Assembly (NCBI GenBank): GCA_021432655.1
Contig: MU271187.1
Span: forward strand, 152,217-216,216
Source of the DNA: Atractiella rhizophila
Lineage: Eukaryota
Reading direction: 5' to 3'
Length of the DNA stretch: 64,000 bases
A program made the translations under genes and the position numbers. Position 1 is the first letter of the stretch. Each line of letters opens with the position of its first letter. Positions 48,717 through 62,756 of this stretch are shown here, one piece after another. The notes under the pieces were generated by a model. That model was not told the origin of the DNA and ran no database searches. It saw only the letters and a program-made list of their open reading frames with translations.

Positions 48717-51116
48717 CACGAAGAAGAAGAAGGACATTTTTACGGAATTGGGCCAGCCTATTGGTGTTTTATGCGGATAATACGATTATGGAAGAAAAGA
48801 CGGCGCGAAAAAAACAAGGAAAATTGTCAACCTGTCGAATGTTACCTCCCCTCTCAGCTCTCGAATCTCCTCTTTCAGTGCTTGGAAGTTTTTTTGTAGC
48901 TTTACCCCTCACGATAGTGTTTTTCCCTGTCGTTGTTTGATTACCAACCTTTACCCTACAGCTGCTTCCAGTTTGTCGTTTGGCATCGCTCAACTTTCTC
49001 TCGGTTGTAATTCTTGTCTTCAGCGCTTCAAACCTTCTTCCTTTTTCCGCGACGATCTTTCCGATTCACGACCAACTTGAACGACTTACCTGACAAACGA
49101 TTTCTTTCCTACGCGTTTGAAACTCGGCTACTTAGGCAGTCTTTTAGTGCTTTCGAGTCTTGAAGCCATGATGTAACCATTCATATGCATTTGCTTGCTG
49201 GTCTATCGGTCTTGCTTGTCATCCAATTTCAATCCTCTCTTCACATGCCCCTTATGGCCCTTTTGCTTTGTTTCTTCAACTGATAGGATTTCCTATTTGG
49301 TTGTTCCCTTCTCCTTTACTCTACGTCGAAGGCGATTGGGCTGATACGTACAAGTTCAAGTTGATGGTTTGATCCCCCTCTTACTGTCCAAAATTTGTAA
49401 CGTACGGAATGTTAACTGATAGAATTCCAACTGCGACAGTTTGCCCATTAATTACCACACAATCCCTCTTCCTTTGCTCCCATCGACATCAGTGTAAGGC
49501 TAGATAAAGTGGATGAGTACAAGAAGAAATCATTATCTTCCTGACTATGCGAGATAATTCAACACCAGGAAAACAGGTAACAGTATATGTGACTGTCACT
49601 GCTCACTTTTACGTCGCGTAGCATCCAGGGTAAACTCCGTGCGTACTTGTCCTCCTCGGGGCGTCTGTTGTTGATACGATTGAGTAGCATAGCATCTGTA
49701 ATTGCATATCTCTGTTCACTTACAAAGCCACCATGTTTCCTCATTTCCAACAATATATGCACTTCGCGTACCACTACACAAATCTATCGGCTTCCTTGTT
49801 CTCTGTCAAAAAAGAAATGCCGTTCATTTCACTGCAAGACGGAGGGAAAGAAAAGCATGCATGAGAACCAAGAAGGAATCGATGCCAGAGTCACTGAATG
49901 GCGCTATCCTGCTGACCCTGGGTTGCCTGTGGGATGGTTGGACCGCTGATTGCTGGCAACACCAACTTGGTGGGTAAAACTGGAATTTGAAGTTGCTCCT
50001 CACATTTACTACTACCTGTTTACTACATACTCATGAACTGAACTTTCAACCTTCAACATTCCATTGCGCTAAGCTGTTCACATAGCTTCATGTCGCCAAC
50101 CAACAAGATAGGAACACGCTGATACGATGAAGAGAGACAGCTGGAATTAGAGTCATTGCTGCCGACTGAATTCTGTTGGGACTGATTGAGAGGGATGGAC
50201 TACCTCGTGCGAACCAGTACGTAGGCTAGGATATACCTTCGCTCCTCTTAATGCGTTTTCACGACTTATATTCTATCTCAAAGTGTGATGGTTAGCCAGT
50301 TGACTTTGGTCAAAGACAGTTGCCGTAGTAGTTGTCACAGCGGTGGGAAGCAAGGGCTCAGTTTGTCCTACCTTTCGTTTGACCTAGCTCTCCTTGTTGC
50401 TGACCTGATATGACTTCGAATTCACACGACCAAAACAATATAATTGGAATTGGACCTCAAAGATTTGTTGCACAAATTACCGGTTAATGAGAACACAAAA
50501 GGAAAGCAGTATTCGTATGACATTCAATATGCGTTATGTATTACAAAGGCATGAGGCGTTGTCATTTACAGATTGTGACGATATGGTTGGGACGACCTAT
50601 TTGCCATCAATCATGAAATCACGAAATCAAGAAAAGCTTGGCCAGTGGCTCTTCTGGATACACGAATAGAACACATGGAACAAGGACGCATAGACGGAAG
50701 GGGAAACTCGAAGAATCTATCAGGACGATGCTGGTACATATATGGGCGACAGTCTGCACGAAATCATTGTTTACTGGGAGTATGAAGCGGAAATTAAACT
50801 GATAGATCGAATCGATGAGCATGAGCGGGAAATTTTGAACAAAACCTGCGCGACGATTAACGATGTGCAGGGCGACCTTCGATGTATTGGTTGTATGAGA
50901 CAGGTACTTGGAACTCGCTTTGATATTGGTACGGAGAGAGGCATTGTACACGGGACTGAGACGTGGGCTGAGCGGTAGACTGCGTGTATCCAGTGTGAGA
51001 TGGAAAAGATGGAGCGAGCAGCCAGTGGGAAGAATCTGGAATGCGCGCAGTGGTTTGAGGCTGCCGCTGCACTTGTAAAGAGTCGGATTCGGTTACATTG
51101 GGAGCCTTAAGACTCA

Positions 51117-52356
51117 TCAGTGAAGTGCTCTCAAGGCGTGCAACAGTCTACTTACTCGACTTGAAGCTCTGTCGCGACGTGGACAAGGACAACGAGTCTC
51201 CAGAGCACACAATCGACGGAGAGGATGATCAGCAATGCTTCTGCATTCTGCAAGGTGTTTCTTGAGGACGGAAGGTCTTTTGAATTTGTCCTTGCCGCTA
51301 GTCCCAAAGGTATAAAAGGAGAATGCGCCACACGGACACTCGCCAAAGGACTCCACCTGTGCTCTGTTCGTATTCTCAGCAAACGCTCACCCACAAATGG
51401 ACGGACGCGCACCTTAACCAAACATTGGCAGCGCTCCTCACACTGAAAGGGAAAACTTCTTTGTCTTCTTCCACAAACACCCTAACGTATTCGTGCGGTT
51501 CAAAAACGACAAAGTTCTCTGCTCGTTCTGTATGCAGGTCTCGGGGTTTCGAAAGCGAACCATACTTCATCTGCCCAGCTAAGGATCGAGCAACAGTCGG
51601 GTCCCAGAGTACGATGAGACGCTGGCTTGCTGGTTCGGTCGTGAAATCTTGAAGGGATTGATGAGGCGATATAGGATGTGGATGGAAAGGAGATGACTTC
51701 TCATCGAAGGGAGAATGACAGTTGGATTCTGTTGCTACCGAACGTTCTGATGATACTATCAGAACCTAACGAATAAGCTGGCAACAAAATCGCACCATTT
51801 GCAAGCTCATTAGCGATGTCGCTAAATACTACCCGCCCTCCTGGCAATCGTTCAAAACGGTTGCGGAAGTCTGCCCACGAAACAGGGACCCATGCTCCTG
51901 TCGTCGCCTTGACCAAAAACGTTCCATTTTCTTCAGACGACTCTGATGAATTTTCTTCTTCTAAGTGTTTCGGAGGGGACAAAGCGATTGACGTTGCAGT
52001 GAACTTTTTACTCGGAATCACGCAATTGAACAGCGCCCCAAAGTTCGATGGATGTCTCGCTTCTTCAGTTTGGACTGAGCGAATATTGCTTGTTTCGAAG
52101 CACCCTTGTGGGAAGGAAGATGAAGATAGCTGCGCAGCCATGGGCGACCGTTGCTGCAGCCTTCATCTCCCTTCCTTTTTGAGCTCGCCAGCACTGCGAG
52201 TGGGATTACGCTCCCTGACAACGTCACAACGAAGCATACGACAGAGACGGAAAGGGAGGACGAGAGTGACTTGTTCGGAACGAAGTAGTAGCTGAGCCCC
52301 TGCAACATCTCTGGTGAACTAAGTAGGGGTCGTTGTTCTCGTTCAACTTGGTTCAA
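51117..52356 (-). CDS. Hypothetical multi-exon protein with a possible Cys/His zinc motif
   Basis: Collinear minus frames; ECPCG...KRPSVLKKHLAEC; boundaries uncertain, may be degenerate. Confidence 0.35.
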
Positions 52357-53974
52357 CAGAAATTTGAAGGTCCGTTCCTTTGGAGGTGTTTTGAGTGAGG
52401 CCTCGGGGAGTTTCTAAGCCCCTCAAAGAATGAGATTGGTATTGACAAGATGTCTATCGTGCCAATTGGAAACTTTGTTGATGGTCACATTGCGTCTGCA
52501 AGTGGCCTCGTTTACCTCGTCTCCTGTGTGTCCGTCGTTCATCCCGTTCGTCCGTTGTCTTATTCCTTAAGAAGAACTCTCCCTGTCATCTCAGGTTTGA
52601 TGGTCTAGGGTGAATCTTTCTTGTAGGTCTCTTGCTCGCTGGAAAGCAAAGTTAATGGTTGCAAAAGGTGTCTTTGGTTTCGGCTGTCTGGAATCTTCTC
52701 TTTGTGCTGTATGCATTTTTGTCCTTTTAACCTTATTTGCAACATCATGACGTCATGCATTCAGATCTTTTGAATAGTTGGATGATATTCAATTTCAAAG
52801 AAGTTTTTTCCGGAAGCGACATTAAATATGAAAGCGAATTCTCAACGCAACGCTCCCAGGCACACTACCACGAAACCCTATCAAGAGGCGGCTCAACGCC
52901 ATAAATCCAAGAGGCGAAATTCCGGTTGGTGCTCTCGAACTGAAGGTACTGAGCCGTTTTTCTAATGTGAATTGAATCAGGTCCAGAACCCGTTGCTGAA
53001 TTCGCGAGATTGAACTTGCGCGAAACTCCAAAGAACAATGCTCAAGGCAGCGACTACGCCCCAGAAAGACCTCCGAGTCCCAGAGCATCTTCCTTGTGGC
53101 CTTCCGCTGAAGGCGTGCATGTGAAACTGGGTTTGGACGCATCTGTTCTGCTTCAACCAGTACTGAGAACGGAGACGTAGGAGAAAACTGGACCCTGCTC
53201 AGATGGGAGGACTTGCAGGCATTCCTTCTCAATCCAGTGAACACGATGTCCCTTCCTCAGGATGATATCGTCAGGAGAACTGCTGATTTTCTCAGAGGCC
53301 GGTCCTTTATTGCAATGATCGTTTATGTCGTTGATGTTCTGAGCAGAAGAAGCGAATAAAACCAACGGCACTCATGCCAATGCGACAAAGCCTGCACACA
53401 AGGGGTATGCTGCCAACCTGAATTGAGACTATTCCGGTTGATCATTGTTGTTTTAGAAGCTAACCTGAGCGAAACGATGGTGTTTCTTTTCTTTCGCTCA
53501 ACATCGTTTCCTGCATCGCGGCCGCCCATATCCGTTCAGAAAGAAAAAAAAATGGCTCCAATTTGTATGCGTCGGATTCGTTTGTATGCAAGTAGTCTCG
53601 ATCGGTCTCGGCGCTTCACACAGAAAATTCTGTCGCTTCTCCAGGATCTCTCCACTTGCTTTGTTACTGTCAGTTGTGTTCAAGGACACATTCTTTCGCC
53701 ACTCACATCCTGAACACGACCAACACAAATAAGGAAAGAGCGGGGTTCTGAGGAAGGGCGAACAAAGAAAGCTAAAAAAAAAAAACAAAGGAAAATCGAT
53801 AATAATCAATAAATGGGGCTTGACCTCCTGATCAGTTTTCTGGATTGACATAGTGTTTTCGTGAAATCACAAACAATTTTATTCTTAGAAAAAGGCTAGG
53901 GTGGCGCTAATAGAGTAGTCTTAGGTTGACGTGATATTTATTGCTACAGTCGGTTCTCTGCACTGTGCCGATTG

Positions 53975-56791
53975 TCAAATATACTTCTGAACGATCACCG
54001 CTCCCAAAAGGTTAGCACTTTTCAACGTTTGAGATTCGTCCTCGAAAGTCTTTTGAGGGAAGGCTGTCATCAGAACCCATTCCCGGCTCGTGGAAGACGG
54101 TCTGGACCTGTTCACTCCACATCAGATTTGCAAATAAAAAAAGTCCAACAGGTTCGTACGCTCTAATATAATTTCTGACGTCTCTTATGGTATGGGTGTG
54201 ATTGAAGCGGCCGACGAGCCTGCAAACGACATTAGCCTTTGTCACGGAAACGGAAGAGGCGACAAACCGGTCGCCATCACCAAGCCTGATCTGAAGACTG
54301 GTCGTCGGTTCACCCTCCCTCACTTGGAACACCGGTGCCCGCCCAGAATTTTGACTCCCTGGCGGCCTAGTCTCTGAGCTTCTCAGCTCGGATGTAGCTG
54401 TTGTTCCAGGAACGGGACTTCCGAGTCGATTCCCACTCCCACTGAAAGGTTTAAGGACCTTTGGAGGGGGGATGTAGTTTTCGGTTGTTCGGCGAGTGAC
54501 CCGTAGCTCCACAGGTTGATTGTATGCGACATTGAGAAGGGAGAGAGGGGCTCGACTGCAACGGACTATTAGCTATGATGTAAAAGTCCTAAAACGCATA
54601 CCCTTCTTGAATGGCTTGTAATACAGCTTGATTTTCTTCATATTTCATCAAAGGTCCATCTTCGATCGAGAATCCGTCTTTCCAGAACGTGAGGTGCCGC
54701 ACGACGGTTTCCTCGTCGCTCGACTGTCGAGAGGATTCGCCCGCTCCAGGTAAAGATCCAGGCATCGTTGCAGATGGTCCAGCTGAAGAGGTGGAGGGTG
54801 GATCGTCCTCGCTCCCAAGGCGATAACCTGAAGAAAAGCATAAACCATCCGTCTCTGTCGCACGACGCCAACACTTACCTGCTCCTCCCCAATTGCTTGC
54901 GCCAGTACCGCTACCTCCGGTATTTATCGCCCTTCCCGCACCAGGCTCACTTGGAGGTCTGGCGGCTCCTTCAGTTTTAGCTTGATGTAAAATCTTCTTC
55001 ACCAGTTCGTTGTCGTCTCCGCGCCTGCGAGCGTTTGGGTTTTGCACAGATAGACCAGACTTCTCTCCTCCCGCAAAAAGGTTTGGGGGATCGTCTCCCT
55101 CGCTATCACTATCATCATCTTCGGGAGGGCGGTGCGGAGCCGAGTGTCCGCCAGATGAAAGTGAGCCAAAGGTCGCAATCCGAGCGCCGGATGATGATGA
55201 TGCACTGTCAAGGGAAAGGTCAGATAGGCCTTCACTTCGGTAGAACCGCATAATCTAATAACATGAAGCCAAAGAGAACTCATTATGTGAAATAAACTAG
55301 TAGCAATGCAAACATCTTGGTCGCAAGCTGTTTTGGTCAAGGTTAAAGTTTGCTTCTCCAATCATACGCTTCCCAGCATCTTAGAACTAAATGGGTTGGT
55401 TACTCAACCGCTAGATGAAAAAATTTGTAAGGCAGCCAAAAGGTCGCTTATAACATAATCATAATTGGTGTTTCCACACACAGCGCTTCGCTGCAAGACG
55501 TGCAGCCAAAATGCTTCACGAAGGAAGGTTTTTCCTCAGAAACGGTGCGGTTCTTTCTAAATTGATGGCCGCAACCAGCCGCATGCTTTATTTTCTCGTC
55601 TTCAGCTTCAGATCGGTCGCAGAAGACAATCGACGCCGGACCAAGCCAATTGCAGGAAATGATGGTGAAGTTGCCGGTCACGAAACTAGAACAGTTCTTG
55701 CTTTTGTCCTCAGCCGTCACTTCGGTAAACATTCACCCCGGATGATTATGAAGGTGGGCTAAAGAAAATATGTTTTGGTTTCTTTCCCGCCAAAAAATAA
55801 CTTCAACGGATGAGAGAGAGACCTCGCTCACCGTGGGGCATCCCTAGCACGACAGACAAAGTCTCTATCACGTTGAGGATGAGAAGGACGAAGGAAGGCG
55901 CTGATGTCTTCCGATCGCTTTGGCGCGTTTCCACAAAAACAAACGACGATGATCCACTCCAATGGTTTTTAAGTCGCCGTAGTAAAAGCAGTTGTCTTAT
56001 CGCTGTCATCAGGCGAAAAGCAGAAATGCACTTTGTGAAAAGAGCCAGAAGAGCTGGATTTTCACATACCGCCTCCACATTCAGCGTCTGTCAACCCTCA
56101 GGTTTTGTCAGACGAAAAATTACACCTTAATCAGGCATAAAACATCCTGAAAGGTGTTATGCGGGACGTACGAAGACTTTCATAAATTTCTCAATCTCTG
56201 ACAGAAACGGGAGGTACCCGATTGAAAGCAACATATGGGTAAGGCACAATCATTCCGCCTAGAAGAAACAGAGGCATTCGAGCGAATCAAGGTAGATGAA
56301 GCCAGTAGATTTGGCAGAATAACAAGGCGGGCCCTCGTCTGCCCTTGCAGGAACGAGGGTCAGGAGAATCGATAATTGCCATTCTGTGCTGCATAAACAT
56401 TTATTCGGCTGAGCTCACGGAGGACAGTCAAGGTCCGCACCGCACCGCTCCAAAGCATTCAAGACGAAGAGGACACACACCCTTTCTTCTTTTCCCCCTT
56501 CTCCTCAGCCCTACTTGCTTCCACTTCCAAGGGCACCGCCTTCCTTCCATCCAACGTATAAACCCATCTCATCCCCTCTGGTGGCTCTTCCTCATTCCCA
56601 TTGCCTCCTTCAGCAATCCCAGCACTATTACTGAGATCTTCATTGAGATCAGCCCCCTCTTGACCTCCACTCTCATAGAAAGCCTGGACAGCCCGTTCGA
56701 AGTTGCCGTTTGCGGAGGAGAGGAAGAATTCAGCTTGTGAGCGCGTGGAGGACGTAAGCGCCATAAATTCGGTTAGTTTGTCGTCTCCCAT
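53975..56791 (-). CDS. SHP1: Shp1/Ubx1 (p47): UBA-SEP-UBX Cdc48 cofactor
   Basis: UBA-like KLTEFMALT...AEFFL...[44 protein letters not shown] box [35 protein letters not shown]. Confidence 0.95.
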
Positions 56792-57044
56792 TTCGTCGAT
56801 TTGAGGATGGGTACGCAGGAGATGTTGGACGTTGGAGATGGGATTGCGCGTCAAAGGAGACAAAGGACAGATAGAGTTTACCAGATGACGCGTACTTGCC
56901 TTTTCTGGAATATATAATCCGACCGCCAAACATGGCTCTCGTTCTCTTCGATGTTTGTAGAACTTCATGACTACTTGACCATCGCATTAATTTCTCAACT
57001 TGGAGACGCAATAGTCCTTTCAAGATACCTCACCCATACTCAAA

Positions 57045-60000
57045 ATGTTGACAGCTTCCATGCGAGTGACGCGAGCACGGACTTGCTGTTCAACTCTCAG
57101 CGGAACTCTCAAGTGGTACATCTCGCCTGATCCAGCTCTCAAAAACTGGTATTCCACAGCAACACCTGCGGCAACCTCTACACCTTCGACTTCTCACCTC
57201 CCTCTTCCTTCCTTGCCTTCAACGTCAGGTCCAGCTCCACCTTCAAGACCTAACCTGCTCGAAGGAGGAAGAACAACTGGAACTGCAGGAGGAGATGTCC
57301 AGTTAAGACCGTATCAGGAAGAGTGTGTAGAGGAGTGTTTAGAAGCTATACGAAATGGCGTGACGCGCATCGGAGTGTCGTGTCCCACAGGTCTGTCGTT
57401 TCTACTTCTTCCTTGTTCTCTCTTAGTCTCTATCTCCATTATTCATTAGTGTGCAGCCACATACCGAAATTTACGTCAAACCAATAAGCTGTTAAGTTGT
57501 AATGTGTTTAGTACATTGTGAATGAATATGAAGACATGCTCCTCTGACGTGCATGAGCGCTTGGAAACATTCGCATCTGGATCTTTTGTTGGAAAGTTGA
57601 ATTCTGACACATGATAGGGAATGTTTCAATTCGAAATCCTTGTTGCAACGGAAGGAGATTTCCTGGCCCTCCTTCACATTAGAAAATATTTCGTCATGCT
57701 TCTTTGCCATCCTTATGACGATGTTCCCTCAACCACCGAACTCTTTGATGATTCTCCGATGCGATGAGAGAACGGAGAATGGAGAAGTTAGGGGTAATGC
57801 ATCTACGGCCTCGCAATGCCCAGTTCAAGTATCGACGAAGAAGTTCTGAATGTCGTATCTCCAATTGTTGGGACGCTTGTACAGTCCGAGAACACTCAAC
57901 GTATTTCGTATTCGCTAAAGACTGGGGTCTCATAGTTCTTTTGCAAAATTCTGATCCAAGCTGTTAACTGAGTGAAATGGATTCAAACAGGATCCGGAAA
58001 AACCGTTGGCTCCCACTCTTCTCTCCCAATTTTCTCTGAAGAGAGGAAGTTGAACAGACAATATTCACTGAACTCCTCAAACGCTACTCTGACGCTCTCG
58101 ATGCCACGGAGGGCGGAGGGAAGAAGATTCTTATCATCGTAAATACCATCCAGTTGGTGAACCAGACGTATGCTCATGTCAAGAAAACATGTCCGAACAA
58201 AGTCTGTCCATCCCCTCCCTCCTGCCTTTCTCGTCCATTCTAATGCCCTCTTCCGTCCCGTCGTGCTCATATTGTGGTGCGTCGCCGTTTGCAGAAGGTA
58301 GAGATAGAGCAAGGCTCTAATCTGAGCTCCGGAGAGGAAGATATTACCATTGCTTCTTCTGCAACAATGGCTCGGACAGAAAGGCTTCAGAATTTCGACC
58401 GGGAGAATATGGGCTAGTGATCGTTGATGAAGCACGTCTGCCCCTCTGCCAGTTACAAGGCTCCGGAACTGAATAGGAAACAGGCACACCATGCGGCCAG
58501 TGCAAGTTATCGTCGAACTCTGGCACATTTTGATCCTAGGATCATGCCGAAAAAGACGACCAAAATGGGCAAGGGCATTTATCAAGAACTCGAACAGCTA
58601 ACTAGCGTCGAGAATAATCCCTACCTCACCCCTCCCGAAGCTCATGAATTTGATCCCGAAGAAGTGGTTTCATCCTCCACAGTAGAACTGGAACAGCAAC
58701 TGTCGGCATCAGCATCTGAGAAGCTCAAGGAGAAGGAACCAAAGAAATTGTCGTTGAAGCGGAAGCGGAAGAATGTGGAAGAGGTAGCAGTGGAGGAGAA
58801 AGAGAAGGAAGAGGAGGAAGAGGAAGATGTGAACCCGGTCCCGATTGTTGGTTTCTCCGCCACTTTCTCGAGAAATGATGGTTTGGCATTGAGCAGCGTA
58901 TTTGAGCGCATCGTATTTCATAAAAACTTGGTGGAAATGGTCAAAGAGGGATGGTACGTTTTACTCCACATTCAACACCTTCCGTCATCGTGATCGTCTA
59001 TCAACGCCAATTGATTGCAGAGTAGGTTAAGTCCAGTGCGCTTCACTCTGGTGGAAGCGGCTCTCGACCTCTCCAACGTGATCGTATCAACGACTTCTGG
59101 AGACTTTATGCCGACTAGTCTGTCACATGTCGTGAATACAGACAGCGTCAACAAACTCGTCGTTCGTAGCTGGATGGAGAAAGCAGGTTCGCCGCTCTTA
59201 CTTCTCCTTCCGAATGAGCAGCAATAATGACCTCGTTTTGTTCCACAGGGAATCGACGCTCCAGTCTTGTCTTCGGTGTGACGATCGACCATGTAAAGGC
59301 TCTCACGCAAGAGTTCAGGCTAGCTGGAATCGATGCTAGGTATCTGTATGCGGAGACGAAGGCTAGGGATAGGAACAAGCTGTTAAATGATTTCAGAAAA
59401 GGAGTCTTCCCCGTGCTCGTGAATTGCTGTTTGTCTTCCTCAGCCTTTCCATTTCTTTCAGAGCAGTGGGTGACTCGGCTCGACAGCTATACTGACGGAG
59501 GGAGCTGATATCCCAGAAGTAGACTGTGGTCCGTGTTTCCCCTCGTCATTGAGCCATGTATGCTGATCGGAGACGAACAGTCGTGATGGCGCGGCCGACG
59601 AAGTCGAAGAACCTGTTCTCCCAAATGATTGGGAGAGGGTTGAGATTATCTCCTACGAGTGGAAAAGAAGATTGTCTTGTACTCGATATAGTGAAGAATT
59701 CAAGCAGAGGGGTGGTTTGCGCACCAGAACTGTTTGGGTTCCAGCCGGACGTCGTCGAAGGTATCCTCACCCACATCTGCGTACTGTTGCTCATCAAATG
59801 ATGGAATAGGGAAGACAACAGACGAAGCCCTTCTACTCGATCTCGTAGAGAAGAGCATGTTCAAGCCACGTCCGGTATTGCCTTTACCCGAAGAGGTTTC
59901 CTATGTGGACTATGCGACTATATTCGATATCATCGAATCCACCCGCTCCGTTGACGACGAAACCATCTGGACTATCCAGCGTCTAACTTCAGTCAACTGG

Positions 60001-60648
60001 GTAGGATGTGGAAACAAGAAATTTGTCCTTGATCTCCTAGGGATAGGCTTCATCACAGTGCAGCCTTCCGGCCTATCAGATCCAACCAAAAGTTGGAAAG
60101 CTACATTTGTGAAGAATTATGCCGTGGCCTTGCGACGAGGGAGGACGCAAGGGGCGTTCGCACGACCAAAACTGCTGGGCCATTCCGAATCACTGGAGCA
60201 CGCGATTCTGGGTGGCAATCACTTCGCGGCAGGAGAAATGAAAGGACCAAATGGGATGCATCGATTTGGTAACTTGTCGCGATATGCCCCCTGGAGACGG
60301 AAAGAGAAGATTTCTGATGGGCAGAAGAAATTTATCAAGCCACGGCTTGGAGTTTCAGCGAAGGGAAGTGGAGAGGGAAAAAAAGAATATATTGAGGGAA
60401 TCTGGGTGGGGAGGAGCTGGAAGGAACTTGTCAAGATAGACAACCTCACGAAGGGGGAGGCGGGGGATATCATTACGCGTTTCAAGCATGGAGCGAAGAG
60501 TGGATGGGATAAGAGGAAGAAAGGTTTTTTAAGTGAGGAGACTAAGAGGACGAAGAAGCAGTCTTTGAGGGATGACCCGCTTTGGAGGAAACTGATCGAG
60601 GAGGGCAAAGTTACTTATGCAGATATCAATCCCCTTGAACGTGAATAG
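57045..60648 (+). CDS. IRC3: Irc3-like mitochondrial DExH helicase
   Basis: [66 protein letters not shown]-rich N-terminal presequence. Confidence 0.9.
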
Positions 60649-62695
60649 GTTGTATTAGCTTATTCTCCCATCTTCCCCCTAATCATCGGGTTTATGTATA
60701 TATTATTCTCATAGTGCGTGATATTGGATACCCTGGTATCAAATCTATTCACAGGTTAATTGGTTAATTTGGGGAATATTCAGTTATTCTCTCTCCTTTC
60801 CTCGTAAATTTTTTTGAAGATGGACTTTGCAATGGCTTGGACAAGATATTCCTTCGAGGATTCCTGGACCAAGCGCTACCTTGTCTTCCGAAAGTACTGA
60901 AAACCACGAAGAGTGGCGCAGTAGGTCCTTTGCAACCGTCATGATGAATATCGGTAAATTTTATCACTCGCGGACAAGAGCTACCACTGCTGTATATAGG
61001 TTCCAGCATAGGGATGGACTGAGGAACAGAATCCCATCACTGCGCGAACTCGGGAGACATGGAAGGATGCGCAGGGTCTCGCTCGGAAGAGTGAGATACA
61101 TCCCCAGTCCACACTGTTGCTAGAATCCCTGTGGGTCGCCGAAAATTTGATGACCGTGAGGAACGTATACTTTATCGCACCGTGGCACGCTAAGTTCCTG
61201 CCAGAGAATCAGAGCAGCCCAGGATCCGGACATTGGCCAGTTGTCCGGAGGGATCTAGCACAATGCGAGAACCCAAGTGCCAGTTGAAGATGAAAGAGTG
61301 GGGGTTCGGATTGCGTAACGGACTGCATAACGGACTGCCCAACGGGGGCTAAACCGTTGCGTTAGGAAGAGGTAGGAATCCAACAATGCAATCTGATAGA
61401 GACGGTAGGACTGGAGGTCTAACAAACACAAACAGTGTAACACATCCCGTTACACTTTCACACCTCTTAGTAGAAATATGGAACTCAAAGGAAGTTAAAC
61501 GGACCATTTTCCACCCTTTCATATCTTCCATTGTCGCTTCCCCTCCAGCGCCAACGTGCATCAGTGCATCCACTGCGGTTGGATGGCCATGTAGACAGGT
61601 TTCCAAGCACTTTGTCGATCCTATCCTTCAGTCATGTAACCGGATGAAGGAAAGAACCCACCTTCACACAATGGGGACAGTCAGGATTACTGGCTGTTGA
61701 CTACGGGAAAAACAGTCAGAATAGGACAAGGCAGAGCAGGATAAACCATACCTCTTTCACGGGAATGGACAGCACCGAAGCAAAGAGAGCTGTTGAGAAT
61801 AATAATCTGGAAAGTAACATGTTCGGGTTCGGATCACACCTTTTCTCATCACTTCAGTTGCAAAACGTCCTTTATATCATAACATCACAACAAGAACGTC
61901 ACACCAGTTTGCCACGGAAATGGCGGCAACAGCGGTCTCCTTTCCGGCAGTGTTGGACCTCCGTTGACAAGCTGTACATGGCGTGAGGTTGAAGAGCCTG
62001 ATCATCACTGAACGCTGAGCGCTGTGCTGTGATGCACTTTGTACACGCAAGTTCCCCGATGTTTCACTTGAGCGAGAAGGTGAGAAAGATGACAAGGGAG
62101 ATTGTTAAGTCTACTGCCGCGGTTTGATATCATTAACTCTTACTGGCTGATGGAGTCTTGCATGTCGTGCGTCAGCATAGAACATAGACACACTATGTGC
62201 GTGGATATTGAACTGGTTATGCACATTGGTTATTGTTTCATTTCTAACACCGATGGATCGAGACTATGGACGTTGTCGTTCAATCAACTCGTTGGACGGA
62301 GTGAATTGAAGGTGCATAGAGATGTTTGTTATTCTATTGTGACGTTGTAAACAAGGACTCATGCTATGCACCTCATACCCGTTCAGGGTTACCACAGAGA
62401 ATGGGATGAAAGAGGTCGAACGCAACGTTGGCCGTAGCGGTTCATTCATCAATTCACAGCTAGCAAGGTAGTGTGCACCGTATTACGACCTCGCTGTTAC
62501 CAGGAAGAAAGGAGACCGCTCAAGTCTGCGAGTGGAGCTGCAACCGCACTCGCGGCGTCCTCTCTGTCGAGCAGGTACAACACCTTGAGAGTTTAGCAAG
62601 GTGGAGTACGGTGTCTGCGGCTTGTGATCCCCTCGAGACGTCCTCTACCACGTTTTGCGGTGAAGTTAGAGTTTCTGTCCATCCACATCTGAAAG

Positions 62696-62702
62696 TATAA
62701 AA
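62696..62702 (+). promoter_or_regulatory. TATA box
   Basis: TATAAAA about 55 nt upstream of the ATG at 62757. Confidence 0.6.
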
Positions 62703-62756
62703 GACGGCAGCTTTCTTTCTATGTTCCACTACGATCTAAGCATAGGAAGAAAGGAT

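Noticed and set aside
52400..53900. Short ORFs downstream of SHP1
   Set aside because: No coherent model or motif
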